Assembly (NCBI GenBank): GCA_002269645.1
Contig: NIVC01001860.1
Span: forward strand, 124,001-188,000
Direction: 5' to 3'
Source of the DNA: Macrostomum lignano
Lineage: Eukaryota
DNA length: 64,000 nt
The position numbers were made by a program, and so were the translations under genes. The notes under the pieces were generated by a model. It had not been told where the DNA came from. It did no database searches and worked only from the letters and a program-made list of their open reading frames with translations. Shown in pieces: positions 52,160-63,884 of this stretch. Position 1 is the first letter of the stretch, and every line of letters begins with the position of its first letter.

Positions 52160-52175
52160 CTAGTCAGTCAGTCAG
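50270..52175. repeat. (TTAG)n microsatellite, ~1.9 kb, with TCAG/CTAG/TATT variants
   Basis: Directly visible. Confidence 0.98.
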
Positions 52176-52671
52176 CTCTCAGAGCCGCAGCCCAGCTCTC
52201 CTCTTCTTTCCTCGGCCAGAGCTGCAGCAAAGCGCCGACTGAAAATAGCTGTGAAAGCAAAATGCGTGAGAGGGCTGTCTTCTTTTGCAATTTTTTTCTC
52301 CTGCGCCTTGCCCGCCCGTTCCGTCTCCGCGTCTGCTCTCCTCGGAGCGGGGCGGGGCTCCGGTCGGACTCGCTATTCCCGATCCCGAGCTCTTAATCCC
52401 CTGCAGTTGCTGGGCAGCAGGGGTGTCTTGAGCCTTGAGCGTCAGGCGGGGATCGGCGCTGAGAGGGCCGGGATGGGAGTGCCTCAGAGACGGCAGAGGG
52501 GATCAAGGAAGATCCTGGATATTTCATTTTTTGCTTTTCAACTTTTCTCGGGCAGTCCGCCCCGGCCCCGATAATTACAGAGGCCTCAATGGTTAAATGG
52601 GGGGGGATTCTGCAGTCTACTTTTCATCTGAGTAATCGCAAAATTGCTGCCAAATAATATAGCGTTCCGAC

Positions 52672-52685
52672 GTCTCCATAGCAAC
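52672..52685 (+). promoter_or_regulatory. Full 14-bp RFX X-box-like motif GTCTCCATAGCAAC
   Basis: Matches the consensus GTHNYY-AT-RRNAAC; no target gene identified nearby. Confidence 0.35.
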
Positions 52686-52789
52686 CTATTCACTGGCTGT
52701 GCTTTCGATCAGAAGCCATTAGGCAGCTGGTTAGTCATTATCAGGCGGCTGCTTCCCCTGCCTAAGACTGGAGTAGCCTGTCGCACTGC

Positions 52790-53086
52790 ACGCAGCTGAA
52801 CTGTGAGTAAAGCGCAGCTGAACTGTGAGTAAAGCGCAGCTGAACTGTGAGTAAAGCGCAGCTGAACTGTGAGTAAAGCGCAGCTGAACTGTGAGTAAAG
52901 CGCAGCTGAACTGTGAGTAAAGCGCAGCTGAACTGTGAGTAAAGCGCAGCTGAACTGTGAGTAAAGCGCAGCTGAACTGTGAGTAAAGCGCAGCTGAACT
53001 GTGAGTAAAGCGCAGCTGAACTGTGAGTAAAGCGCAGCTGGACTGTGAGTAAAGCGCAGCTGAACTGTGAGTAAAGCGCAGCTGCA
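52790..53086. repeat. Minisatellite, unit GCAGCTGAACTGTGAGTAAAGC (22 bp)
   Basis: About 13 near-perfect copies. Confidence 0.95.
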
Positions 53087-54179
53087 GTAGGAAGCCGCTA
53101 GGGGGCTGTCGCTGCCTCCAAGTCAAAAAAAAGATTCTGGACTAGATGAAGCAAAATGAGCCACGGCGAGAGGGGAAGAGATTCCTAGAGGAAGAGCGGA
53201 GCGAGCGAGTCTTGGATAGACGGGGTAAGGGAGGGATTTCACTCCGGCTGGAGGCTGGGGATCTCCAACTCTGGCTGAGGCGGCGGGGCGAATAGAGGGA
53301 GGAGAGGACAGCGGTGTAGGGATCAGGATCCCATTCCTGTCTCTTCCCAGATCCCACTGATCTGCATTGGCTATTTCACTTCTCAAGGCCGGGACGCAAT
53401 CGCGGCTTCTAAAAGTCCGGTACGGCGGCAGGAGATGCTGGAGGGTGGTGTCAGCCTCGAATGATTAATGAGTGACTGACAAGACTCAGGCGGACTGCCC
53501 CCCCCCCGGTGATAAAGCGGTTGAATTCTCCAGCTCGGCAGAGGCCCCCGAGCGGCGGTCGAGTCTGTTTTATACGCCAAAAAAACGAGACAAAACAGAA
53601 TTAGTGAAGCTGGGCTGCTGGCTAGAGCTGACACACCCGTAGGTGTACAGGAGGAAGCTCCGGGAAGGGGAGGACTGGTTAATGAGCTCGAGGATTCTGG
53701 GCTCGGGGCCTTTAATTGGCATGACGAGAGAGAGAGCTCGAACTGCTTCTGGCTGGGCGCCGCTCAAACACATACAGAGAGAGTGATAAAGTACAGCGAG
53801 TCGATGAAGACCACGGGAGGCTGGGAGAGGAGGGTCACCGAAGACGAGTCGGTGAAATTGGATTATGTCTGACTTGCCGACCGGAGCGATGAAGGATTGG
53901 GGGGGGGGAGGCCGAGAGGCTGGGGGGCGTCAATTGCAGTCTCCCGGATGAAGCCTTGGAGGAAATCGAGGAAGACCTGTGCGGATTGCTCAAGCTGCAT
54001 GCGATGAAGAAATTCTTCTGGCGATTTTTTCAAACGCAAAGTCAGTACTGGCAAAATTATTTTATGATTAGCATTAGCTTTAATATTGAAATTTATTTTA
54101 AGTCTCAGTTTATTACCGACTTATATATATTTAAGTCGAGACAAAAACAGTCTGGCAGCGTATTGATAGTGCGCCATAG

Positions 54180-55135
54180 CTGTGACACTCCTGTCTAACA
54201 TCTGACACTCCTGTCTGACATCTGACACTCCTGTCTGACATCTGACACTCCTGTCTAACATCTGACACTCCTGTCTGACATCTGACACTCCTGTCTAACA
54301 TCTGACACTCCTGTCTGACATCTGACACTCCTGTCTAACAGCTGACACTCCTGTCTGACATCTGACACTCCTGTCTAACATCTGACACTCCTGTCTAACA
54401 TCTGACACTCCTGTCTGACATCTGACACTCCTGTCTAACATCTGACACTCCTGCCTGACATCTGACACTCCTGTCTGACATCTGACACTCCTGTCTGACA
54501 TCTGACACTCCTGTCTGACATCTGACACTCTTGTCTAACAGCTGACACTTCTGTCTAACAGCTGACACTCCTGTCTGACATCTGACACTCCTGTCTGACA
54601 TCTGACACTCCTGTCTGACATCTGACACTCTTGTCTAACAGCTGACACTCCTGTCTAACAGCTGACACTCCTGTCTGACATCTGACACTCCTGTCTAACA
54701 GCTGACACTCCTGTCTGACATCTGACACTCCTGTCTAACAGCTGACACTCCTGTCTGACATCTGACACTCCTGCCTGACATCTGACACTCCTGTCTGACA
54801 TCTGACACTCCTGTCTGACATCTGACACTCCTGTCTGACATCTGACACTCTTGTCTAACAGCTGACACTCCTGTCTAACAGCTGACACTCCTGTCTGACA
54901 TCTGACACTCCTGTCTGACATCTGACACTCCTGTCTGACATCTGACACTCTTGTCTAACAGCTGACACTCCTGTCTAACAGCTGACACTCCTGTCTGACA
55001 TCTGACACTCCTGTCTGACATCTGACACTCCTGTCTGACATCTGACACTCTTGTCTAACAGCTGACACTCCTGTCTAACAGCTGACACTCCTGTCTGACA
55101 TCTGACACTCCTGTCTAACAGCTGACACTCCTGAC
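54180..55135. repeat. Minisatellite, unit TCTGACACTCCTGTCT(G/A)ACA (20 bp)
   Basis: Tandem copies. Confidence 0.95.
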
Positions 55136-55481
55136 ATCTCCGTACATCATAGAACGCCAATTTCCTTAGTTTAACAGTCCAGAATCTGCAGCAGACAGAA
55201 GTACTTTTAGCCCAATGCGCCCGCCCAGACCTATTTACGAGAGCGATGTTAAAAGTGCAAAAAATGTCCATTAGTAAAAAATTGTTGGGCAAATAGACGA
55301 CAAATAACGGAGACGGAGAAAAACACAGACGTCTCACAGGAAACGCACATACAGCATAATAGGTAGCTGTGTACTCAGAAATTTATTACAGCGCACAGTG
55401 ACTTAGCCTTATGTGCTTTGTAGCAGTTTACTGTTCAAAAGAATGACGGAACAGCTTCCTAAGTCGCATGAATTCTCAAAG

Positions 55482-57309
55482 TCAGTCAATTCGAGTTTCC
55501 ATGACCTGCCCGGATGTCACCGAAGATGCGGATACTTCAGCGGCGGCGGCGGCGGCGCTGGAGGTTCCGGCGAGGATACCGACACTCGCGGCTCCGGAGG
55601 AGGAGGACAGCGGCTCCTCGGAGCGGTTGAAGGTCGTCAGGCCGACAGTGGGCGAGCCCGTGTCACCGTCAGGACCACCGAGCAGCGGCTGCAGAGGTGT
55701 GGGCAGCTGGTGAATACTTTGCTCCTACCACTCCTTTCAATCCGGAATCTGCCCCCTTCAATCCGAAATACGCCCCTTCAATCCGAAATCCGCCCCCTTC
55801 AATCCGAAATCCGCCCTCTTCAATCTGAAATCTGCCCCCTTCAATCCGAAATCCGCCCCCTTCAATCCGAAATCCGCTCCCTTCAATCCGAAATCCGCTC
55901 CCTTCAATCCGAAATCCGCTCCCTTCAATCCGAAATCCGCTCCTTTGAATCCGAAATCCGCTCCTTTGAATCCGAAATCCACTCCCTTCAATCCGAAATC
56001 CGCTCCCTTCAATCCGAAATCCGCCTCCTTCAATCCGAAATCCGCTCCCTTCAATCCGAAATCCGCTCCCTTCAATCCGAAATCCGCCCCCTTCAATCCG
56101 AAATCCGCTTCCTTCAATCCGAAATCCGCTTCCTTCAATCCGAAATCCGCCCCATCCATGCCTCACCTGTCTGTGGTGATTGTTATTGTCGGCATGGCGC
56201 CGGCGCCCGCCGCCCCCCACGTCGTCGGCGTTTCGCGCCGCCCCGGCGCCGACATTTGCCCCGTCGGCGTCTTCAGCGTCGGCAACGGGAGCCCTGAGCT
56301 GCCCGATGTCCATGAGGTCGCGCATGGCGGAGCGAAACGGGCCGCTGAGGAAGGCGTAGAGAATTGGATTGCCGGCGCTGCTGGCGTAGGTCAGCAGGGA
56401 GGTCACGTGCGAGCTGACGATGGTCAAGTAGGTGATCGGTGCCTCGGTGGCCAGGCTGACATTCACGTGCACCCAGTACGGCAGCGAGCAGCCCAGATAG
56501 AAAATCACCACGGCAACCACCAGCAGGGTGGCCTTGCCCAGCCGGTCCTGCGATTGCGTGCTGGCCGCCGCGCTTGAGCTCTGAACCGCTTCGCCGCCGC
56601 CGTTCCGTTGAGCCCTCTTGGCCAGGTACAGGCGGTAGGCGATAAGCGAGTAGAACAGGCACAGCAGGAGGCCGGGCAGAACGCAGCCGGTCACGAACAT
56701 GTAGCGCATGAAGTAGGCCGGGTGTGAGAAGAATTTGTACACAGGACTGGCCGGCCGTGAGGCCTCGTCCGAGTCAGCGTCGGATCTGGTGTCATTGAGC
56801 CGATCGTCCGAGAAGGCATCCGGCGATGTGTGCGTGCAGTGCGGCACGGTGTCGTTGAAGTACTCCACCCTGGCGCACAGGTAGGTCGGGCTGATGACCA
56901 GGGCGCCCATCAGCCAGATGGCGGCGAGGACAACGCTGGCGAAGGCTCGGGTCCTCAGTCTGGCCGACGGCGAGACCATCGCCTTGTAGCGATCGAAGCT
57001 CATGGCGGTGATGATGTAGATTGACACTGTCCAGTTGGTGTAGTTCAGCATGTAGTACACCTTGCACAGCAGCCAGCCCCAGTTCCATTGGCCCACGATG
57101 CTGGTGTACATCAGCGGAGGAATTGACAGCAGGTGAAGGCTGTCAGCCAGCGCCAGGTGCATCAGGTACAGGCTGGTCACGGAACGGCTGCTGTGCTGCT
57201 GTCGGCAGATGACGCCCATCACCAGGCAGTTCCCGACGATGCCAACAGCGAAGATCGCAGCCAGGACCGAGTTGTAGAGGATCACCGCGATGAGAGACAG
57301 GCTCTGCAT
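55482..57309 (-). CDS. Class A peptide GPCR, somatostatin/allatostatin-C/opioid-receptor-like
   Basis: Exons 56167-57309 and 55482-55706 (phase-0 intron). Seven TM segments with GIVGN, LALAD, WNWGWLLCK, SFDRY, CSLPYW and NPILY. The N-terminus may continue in an upstream exon (acceptor just before the ATG). Confidence 0.9.
55738..56155. repeat. Intronic minisatellite, unit TTCAATCCGAAATCCGCTCCC (21 bp)
   Basis: Fills the GPCR intron. Confidence 0.95.
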
Positions 57310-58929
57310 GGCTGCTGGGTGCTGAGAGAGAGAGAGGAGGGCGCGAATCTCGGCTGCAGTTGCCGGGGGAGCCGATTTTAAACAGGGAGAGAAACTGCCC
57401 GGATGGCCAATCAGATCTGACCAGCCTGGACTGATCGGCTCGCCCAGGATGGCATCTGTAAATTTAGAATTCAGCTATTTTTTGCTGCTCCAATGCGGAA
57501 ACGTTATCTGCGACGTCGTTCTGTGACACCAGCGACTTTTGATCACACATACGAGCGCCCATACTGTACGCTCGTACGCAGACACGAACTCAAGCACACG
57601 CTCACACAGGGTGTACCGCGGCCCTGACTGTCCAATCGTCAGGCATGTGCACTCTGTGCCATCATGGATGTGAATCTCATGGCATGAATGCGGCCGCGCA
57701 CGAAATTGAAGCTGAGTTTACTACCGAGCTGCTGTGCTGATTGGATCAATATTCATGGCAACAATCAAGTATAGATGCTGCAATTTTCACTGCAGGTCGA
57801 TTTTTAGCAATTAAATTGTCAATGCTTCATCGTCTGGACTCCCCAAATTGCAAATGAAGCTGTGCTAAAATTTATAGCCAAGTTTGACAAAAATTATTGA
57901 AGACGCAGTCTTGACCTCGCGCCTAGCTGCAGGGGGCCCCGGACATCCGGACGCAAGCAGGGAGGCGTCGCTGGCCCATTCCTAAAAAAATGTGGCGACC
58001 ACGGGCTGCCATTGTGCTCCGCGAGTCGTTAAAAGTCAGATGGGGTGCTGGTTGAGAGAGACTGCATGCTAGGCCGTAAAATGCAAACACAACAGCCAGC
58101 AAAACTTTATAGCGGCTTGGATGTGGCTGGCTTATCCCTTATCCGGCCTGACCCCTTAGCAACCATGAGAAACTGCATGGTTATAAGAGCCCAGGTCCCC
58201 TGTTAAAGGTCAGAAGATAATACGGGTCCCTCAGAGCCTCAGATTATGCGCAGGTACACTTCTGGATTATCCAGTGCACCCAAAACATCACAAGTCAAAA
58301 ATCAAGGATGGGTTGCCGCCGCCGGAGCCGTCAGTCCAGTAACCTTAGGGTTGCCTTGACCACATGCAGGACTCTAACCCCTGGGCTAGGCTAGCGAGTC
58401 AGAGAGAAATCTCTCCAGCCATTCCTGCACCGGAATACTGGGGGTGCAGGTGTGTATAGCATCTCAGTTATCATGAGAACCATGAGAATTCACAGTTGGG
58501 AGTTAGCGCATCAAAGGCATCTGAATGTACGGGTGAGATATTCGATAGCAAGCATCGCTTATCTGTTGCCACTCGAACGTGACTTGTGGCAGCTTCAGGT
58601 GGGTTTTAAGGGCTGCCCTATATCTCAGTGAGTACCCGTACTGTCATGTAGATTACACGATACACGTAACAAAAAATACGAAGACTAAAGCTGGAACACT
58701 ATACTTCTCAGCCTGAGCATGTGTCTCAAATTTTTTGGATAATTTTGATCCATTAAATTTTCTTTGAAAATAACTTCCTCAAACCGCCTCACCTGGTCCC
58801 TAAGACTCCGACAGGAAATGGAAGGGCATGTGAAACCCCGATTGCTATTGTCGTCTCTGAAAACTCGAAAGCAACTCAACAGTGAGAACAGCTTCATCAT
58901 TGAAGCTGGCTAATTGTTTGAAATGAACT

Positions 58930-60660
58930 GTTTAAGTAAAGCTCGAACTGATTTAAGTAAAGCTCGAACTGACTAAAGTCAACTAAACTAAACTCGATCC
59001 GACTCAACTCAAACTCGAACTGAATCAAGTGAAACTCGAACTGAATCAAGTGAAACTCGAACTGACTCAATTCAAACTCGAACTGACTCAACTCAAACTC
59101 GAACTGAATCAAGTGAAACTCGAACTGACTCAAGTGAAACTCGAACTGACTCAAGTGAAACTCGAACTGACTCAAGTGAAACTCGAACTGAATCAAGTGA
59201 AACTCGAACTGAATCAAGTGAAACTCGAACTGACTCAATTCAAACTCGAACTGACTCAACTCAAACTCGAACTGAATCAAGTGAAACTCGAACTGACTCA
59301 AGTGAAACTCGAACTGACTCAAGTGAAACTCGAACTGACTCAAGTGAAACTCGAACTGACTCAATTCAAACTCGAACTGACTCAATTCAAACTCGAACTG
59401 ACTCAACTCAAACTCGAACTGAATCAAGTGAAACTCGAACTGACTCAAGTGAAACTCGAACTGACTCAAGTGAAACTCGAACTGACTCAAGTGAAACTCG
59501 AACTGACTCAAGTGAAACTCGAACTGACTCAACTCAAACTCGAACTGACTCAATTCAAACTCGAACTGACTCAACTCAAACTCGAACTGAATCAAGTGAA
59601 ACTCGAACTGACTCAAGTGAAACTCGAACTGACTCAAGTGAAACTCGAACTGACTCAAGTGAAACTCGAACTGACTCAATTCAAACTCGAACTGAATCAA
59701 GTGAAACTCGAACTGAATCAAGTGAAACTCGAACTGACTCAATTCAAACTCGAACTGACTCAACTCAAACTCGAACTGAATCAAGTGAAACTCGAACTGA
59801 CTCAAGTGAAACTCGAACTGACTCAAGTGAAACTCGAACTGACTCAAGTGAAACTCGAACTGACTCAATTCAAACTCGAACTGAATCAAGTGAAACTCGA
59901 ACTGAATCAAGTGAAACTCGAACTGACTCAATTCAAACTCGAACTGACTCAACTCAAACTCGAACTGAATCAAGTGAAACTCGAACTGACTCAAGTGAAA
60001 CTCGAACTGACTCAAGTGAAACTCGAACTGACTCAATTCAAACTCGAACTGAATCAAGTGAAACTCGAACTGAATCAAGTGAAACTCGAACTGACTCAAT
60101 TCAAACTCGAACTGACTCAACTCAAACTCGAACTGAATCAAGTGAAACTCGAACTGACTCAAGTGAAACTCGAACTGAATCAAGTGAAACTCGAACTGAA
60201 TCAAGTGAAACTCGAACTGAATCAAGTGAAACTCGAACTGACTCAAGTGAAACTCGAACTGACTCAAGTGAAACTCGAACTGAATCAAGTGAAACTCGAA
60301 CTGAATCAAGTGAAACTCGAACTGACTCAAGTGAAACTCGAACTGACTCAAGTGAAACTCGAACTGAATCAAGTGAAACTCGAACTGAATCAAGTGAAAC
60401 TCGAACTGAATCAAGTGAAACTCGAACTGAATCAAGTGAAACTCGAACTGAATCAAGTGAAACTCGAACTGAATCAAGTAAAACTCGAACTGACTCAAGT
60501 GAAACTCGAACTGAATCAAGTGAAACTCGAACTGACTCAAGTGAAACTCGAACTGAATCAAGTGAAACTCGAACTGACTCAAGTGAAACTCGAACTGAAT
60601 CAAGTGAAACTCGAACTGAATCAAATGAAACTCGAACTGAATCAAGTGAAACTCGAACAG
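58930..60660. repeat. Minisatellite, unit AAACTCGAACTGA(C/A)TCAA(GTG/TTC/CTC) (21 bp)
   Basis: About 1.7 kb with ordered variant blocks. Confidence 0.95.
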
Positions 60661-61054
60661 ACCCAAAACCTCGAAGTACTTCATGCCATTTCGGAATGAA
60701 AAAGTCACTTTAAAACAATTCAAAAAGATGATTATAACGAACAAGTATCGCTGTTCAAGCTCGGTCTAAATAGAAATGGTTATTTCTGCTTTGCTAAAAT
60801 TTACTTCAACATGTTACAGGTCTCAAGGAAGCAAAGCATGCATCATTTTTACTATACTACTTATAACTCGTAGAGGCAGTAATATGCAGAGTTAGCAGCC
60901 AAAGAAGACGGTGAGAAAGCATTGACAGCATCAGCACCTCTTGCAGTCGAACAAATTCAAATAAAACCATGAAGACTGAACAGGAAAACTAAGAAAATGT
61001 AAAATGCAAACTCAAAAAACGCATTTCAAGTCACCCAGCACACCAGGGCAAACC

Positions 61055-63723
61055 CTAGGATGAGCCGGCCCCGGCCGACAGCTGCTGGTTGACAGACTCC
61101 AGGCGTTTCAACACGGAACCGTAGCTGAACTTGGCCTGGCCTGGGTTGAACGGGTCTCGCATCGGCTTGCCGTCTCGGTTGATGTGGCGCCTGCACAGGT
61201 CTGTGTAGTACTGGTAGTGCTGCCCGAAAGCGTTGCGCATCTCCTGGAGGGACAGGGCAGTTCGGTGTGAGTCAAGATCCCAATCCCTGATCCCATTCTG
61301 AAATCCCAATCCCTGATCCCATGCTAAAATCCCAATCCCTGACCCCATGCTGAAATCCCAATCCCTGACCCCATGCTGAAATCCCAATCCCTGACCCCAT
61401 GCTGAAATCCCAATCCCTGACCCCATGCTGAAATCCCAATCCCTGACCCCATGCTGAAATCCCAATCCATGATACCATTCTGAAATCCCAATCCCTGACC
61501 CCATGCTGAAATCCCAATCCCTGACCCCATGCTGAAATCCCAATCCATGATACCATTCTGAAATTCCAATCCCTGATCCAATGCTGAAACCCCAATCCCT
61601 GGTCCCATTCTGAAATCCCAATCCCTGACCCCACACTGAAATCCCAATCCCTGACCCCATGCTGAAATCCCAATCCCTGATCCCATTCTGAAATCCCAAT
61701 CCCTGACCCCATGCTGAAATCCCAATCCCTGACCCCATGCTGAAATCCCAATCCCTGACCCCATGCTGAAATCCCAATCCCTGACCCCATGCTGAAATCC
61801 CAATCTCTGACCCCATGCTGAAATCCCAATCCCTGACCCCATGCTGAAATCCCAATCTCTGATCCCATGCTGAAATCCCAATCCCTGACCCCATGCTGAA
61901 ATCCATGACGCCAACCGGAGAGACGGCTCAGCGTGCTTGGCTACGCCGATGACCTCGCCCTGCTGTCCTCGACCGTCGAGGGCGCCCAACGACAGCTGGA
62001 TAGGCTGGTTGCCGTTGCGGCGAGCGTCGGCCTGGTGGTCAACACGCAGAAGACCGTTGTGCTCTGCGTGCCGGACGACATCGAGACTACAATCTTCTGC
62101 CGAGGCGCTGACGGACAGGCGAGTGAGCTTCCAAGATGTCAGCAGTTCGTCTACCTTGGCGGTCTGGTTCCCAACGTCCGCGAGGATCTGCGGCTTCGCC
62201 GAGGACTTGCCTGGGCTGCCTTTCGTTCTATAAGGTCAGTCCTGCAGTCCGAGGCCCTACCGGACCGCCAGAGGGCGGCGCTGTTCCAGGCGGTGATCGA
62301 GACCGTCCTGTTATACAACGCCGAGACCTGGACGCTGACAGACTCGCTCGAGGCTCAAGTCGACGCGGCACACGCTGGCCTGCTGCGCGCCGCCTTCAAG
62401 ATCGGCAACGAGCGAGTCACCAACACGGCGCTCTATCATCGCGCCGGCCTGGCCCGTCCTAGCGATCTGCTGCGCCGTCGGCGACTCCAGCTGGCAGGCC
62501 ACGTCATCCGCGCCGAGGCCTACTGTCCGGAGCCGGTGCAGGAGGTGCTGCTACTTACGTTGCAGGCACCCTACCGGCGGGGACAGGCGAGGACTCGGCG
62601 CTACATCGACTGTCTGCTGGCTGACGCCGGCGCCCCGGACTCTGCCGGCGGTGCGGCCTTTGTTCGCGCCCAAGCTTCGAAGCGCGCCATCTGACGCTGC
62701 TTTTGCGAACTGGCAGCGTACTCTGTTGTTGTTTGAAATCCCAATCCCTGACCCCATGCTGAAATCCCAATCCATGATACCATTCTGAAATCCCAATCCC
62801 TGATCCCATGCTGAAACCCCAATCACTGACCCCACTCTGAAATCCCAATCCCTGATCCCATGCTGAAACCCTAATCACTGACCCCATGCTGAAATCCCAA
62901 TCCCTGACCCCATGATGAAATCCCAATCCCTGACCCCATGCTGAAACCCCAATCCCTGACCCCATGATGAAATCCCAATCCCTGACTCCATGATGAAATC
63001 CCAATCCCTGACCCCATGCTGAAATCCCAATCCATGATACCATTCTGAAATCCCATCCCTGACCCTATTGCAGCGCATGGCTTAAGTACGCCAGACGCCT
63101 ACACAACCTGCGCCACGCTGTGAAATGACTTACCTATGAAAGAAACTCTAAAGCAAAATTAACGCAGTTTTGGGTAAACGGCAGGAGTAACTATGACTGT
63201 CTTATCAAGCCTAAATGCCTCGGCATCTAATTAGTACCGCGCCGCGCCGTACTAATCGCCGCGCGCCGTACGCGCCGCGCCGCGCCGTATTAGATCCGCG
63301 CCGGACGCCGTCCGCCAAAATGCCCATGCGCTGCAATCAGGATCCCTGATCCCACTCTGAAATCCCAATCCCTGATTCCATGCTGAAACCCTAATCACTG
63401 ATCCCGTTCTGAAACCCCCATCCCGGAATGCCATCAGCCACCTGTCTGAGCAACTGCGGCATGGGCACCCGGCCTTCCATCATCTCGCAGACGGCCACGC
63501 GAAGAGTCTCATGCTGCACAATGTCGTTATACTCGTCGCACTTCTTGACGCTGGCGCTAGCGAAGCCGGGCTCGTTTCGGTAGGGCTTTTCGTTCATCAG
63601 CGACTGCACAGAGAGCAGGACGGAGCGGAGGCCCATAGCCGGCGTCCAGCAGGGGCCCACCCAGGTGCCCAAGATGCTCAGGCAAACTTTGCCGTTCTTG
63701 TACAGGTTCGGGTTGAAGCGCAC
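61055..63723 (-). CDS. UBE2Z: Ubiquitin-conjugating enzyme E2 Z (last two coding exons; 5' part lies beyond the window)
   Basis: Exon 63442-63723 [47 protein letters not shown] (catalytic Cys). Exon 61055-61243 [27 protein letters not shown]; phase 0. Confidence 0.93.
61905..62733 (+). mobile_element. 5'-truncated RTE-type non-LTR retrotransposon
   Basis: ORF to 62694: [43 protein letters not shown]. (GTT)3 tail; 8-bp TSD TGAAATCC at 61897-61904 and 62734-62741. Confidence 0.92.
63063..63341. mobile_element. 279-bp MITE-like element with TIRs and an 8-bp TSD, containing a degenerate 28S rRNA fragment
   Basis: Perfect inverted 14-mer ATTGCAGCGCATGG (63067-63080) / CCATGCGCTGCAAT (63324-63337), extendable to an imperfect 18-bp TIR. 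ATCCCTGA is duplicated at 63055-63062 and 63342-63349. Confidence 0.75.
63172..63241 (+). pseudogene. Degenerate 28S rRNA fragment (helix 69 region, R2/I-PpoI site)
   Basis: GGGTAAACGGCAGGAGTAACTATGACTGTCTTATCAAGCCTAAATGCCTCGGCATCTAATTAGT aligns to the conserved eukaryotic 28S GGGTAAACGGCGGGAGTAACTATGACTCTCTTAAGGTAGCCAAATGCCTCGTCATCTAATTAGT. Confidence 0.9.
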
Positions 63724-63884
63724 CTGTGCGACGGAGTACAGGTGTTTCAACAGTGTTACAAAAAAAATTCCAGAAGCTCAGGAACCTACCGGAAATTTGC
63801 ATAAACTTTCCGGGGAACTCGAAGCTTGAAGATGATTAAATTCAGAGATCATGAAACTTGAGGCTATGAACTGTGGGATCGAAT

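Larger units (their letters stand above)
61268..63420. repeat. Intronic minisatellite, unit AAATCCCAATCCCTGACCCCATGCTG (26 bp), interrupted by two insertions
   Basis: Tandem copies on both sides of the inserts at 61905-62733 and 63063-63341. Confidence 0.9.

Noticed and set aside
50270-52175. Telomere-like repeat
   Set aside because: The unit is TTAG, not TTAGG or TTAGGG, and the tract is interstitial.
55707-56166. RIEGSGF repeat as the GPCR C-tail
   Set aside because: Bounded by GT-AG sites; splicing restores a sensible tail.
6345-60660. CRISPR-like arrays
   Set aside because: Repeats are head-to-tail without unique spacers, no cas genes are present, and the context is eukaryotic.
63172-63241. 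Functional rRNA gene
   Set aside because: Only about 70 bp, with non-compensatory changes in the helix 69 stem, embedded in a TIR element.
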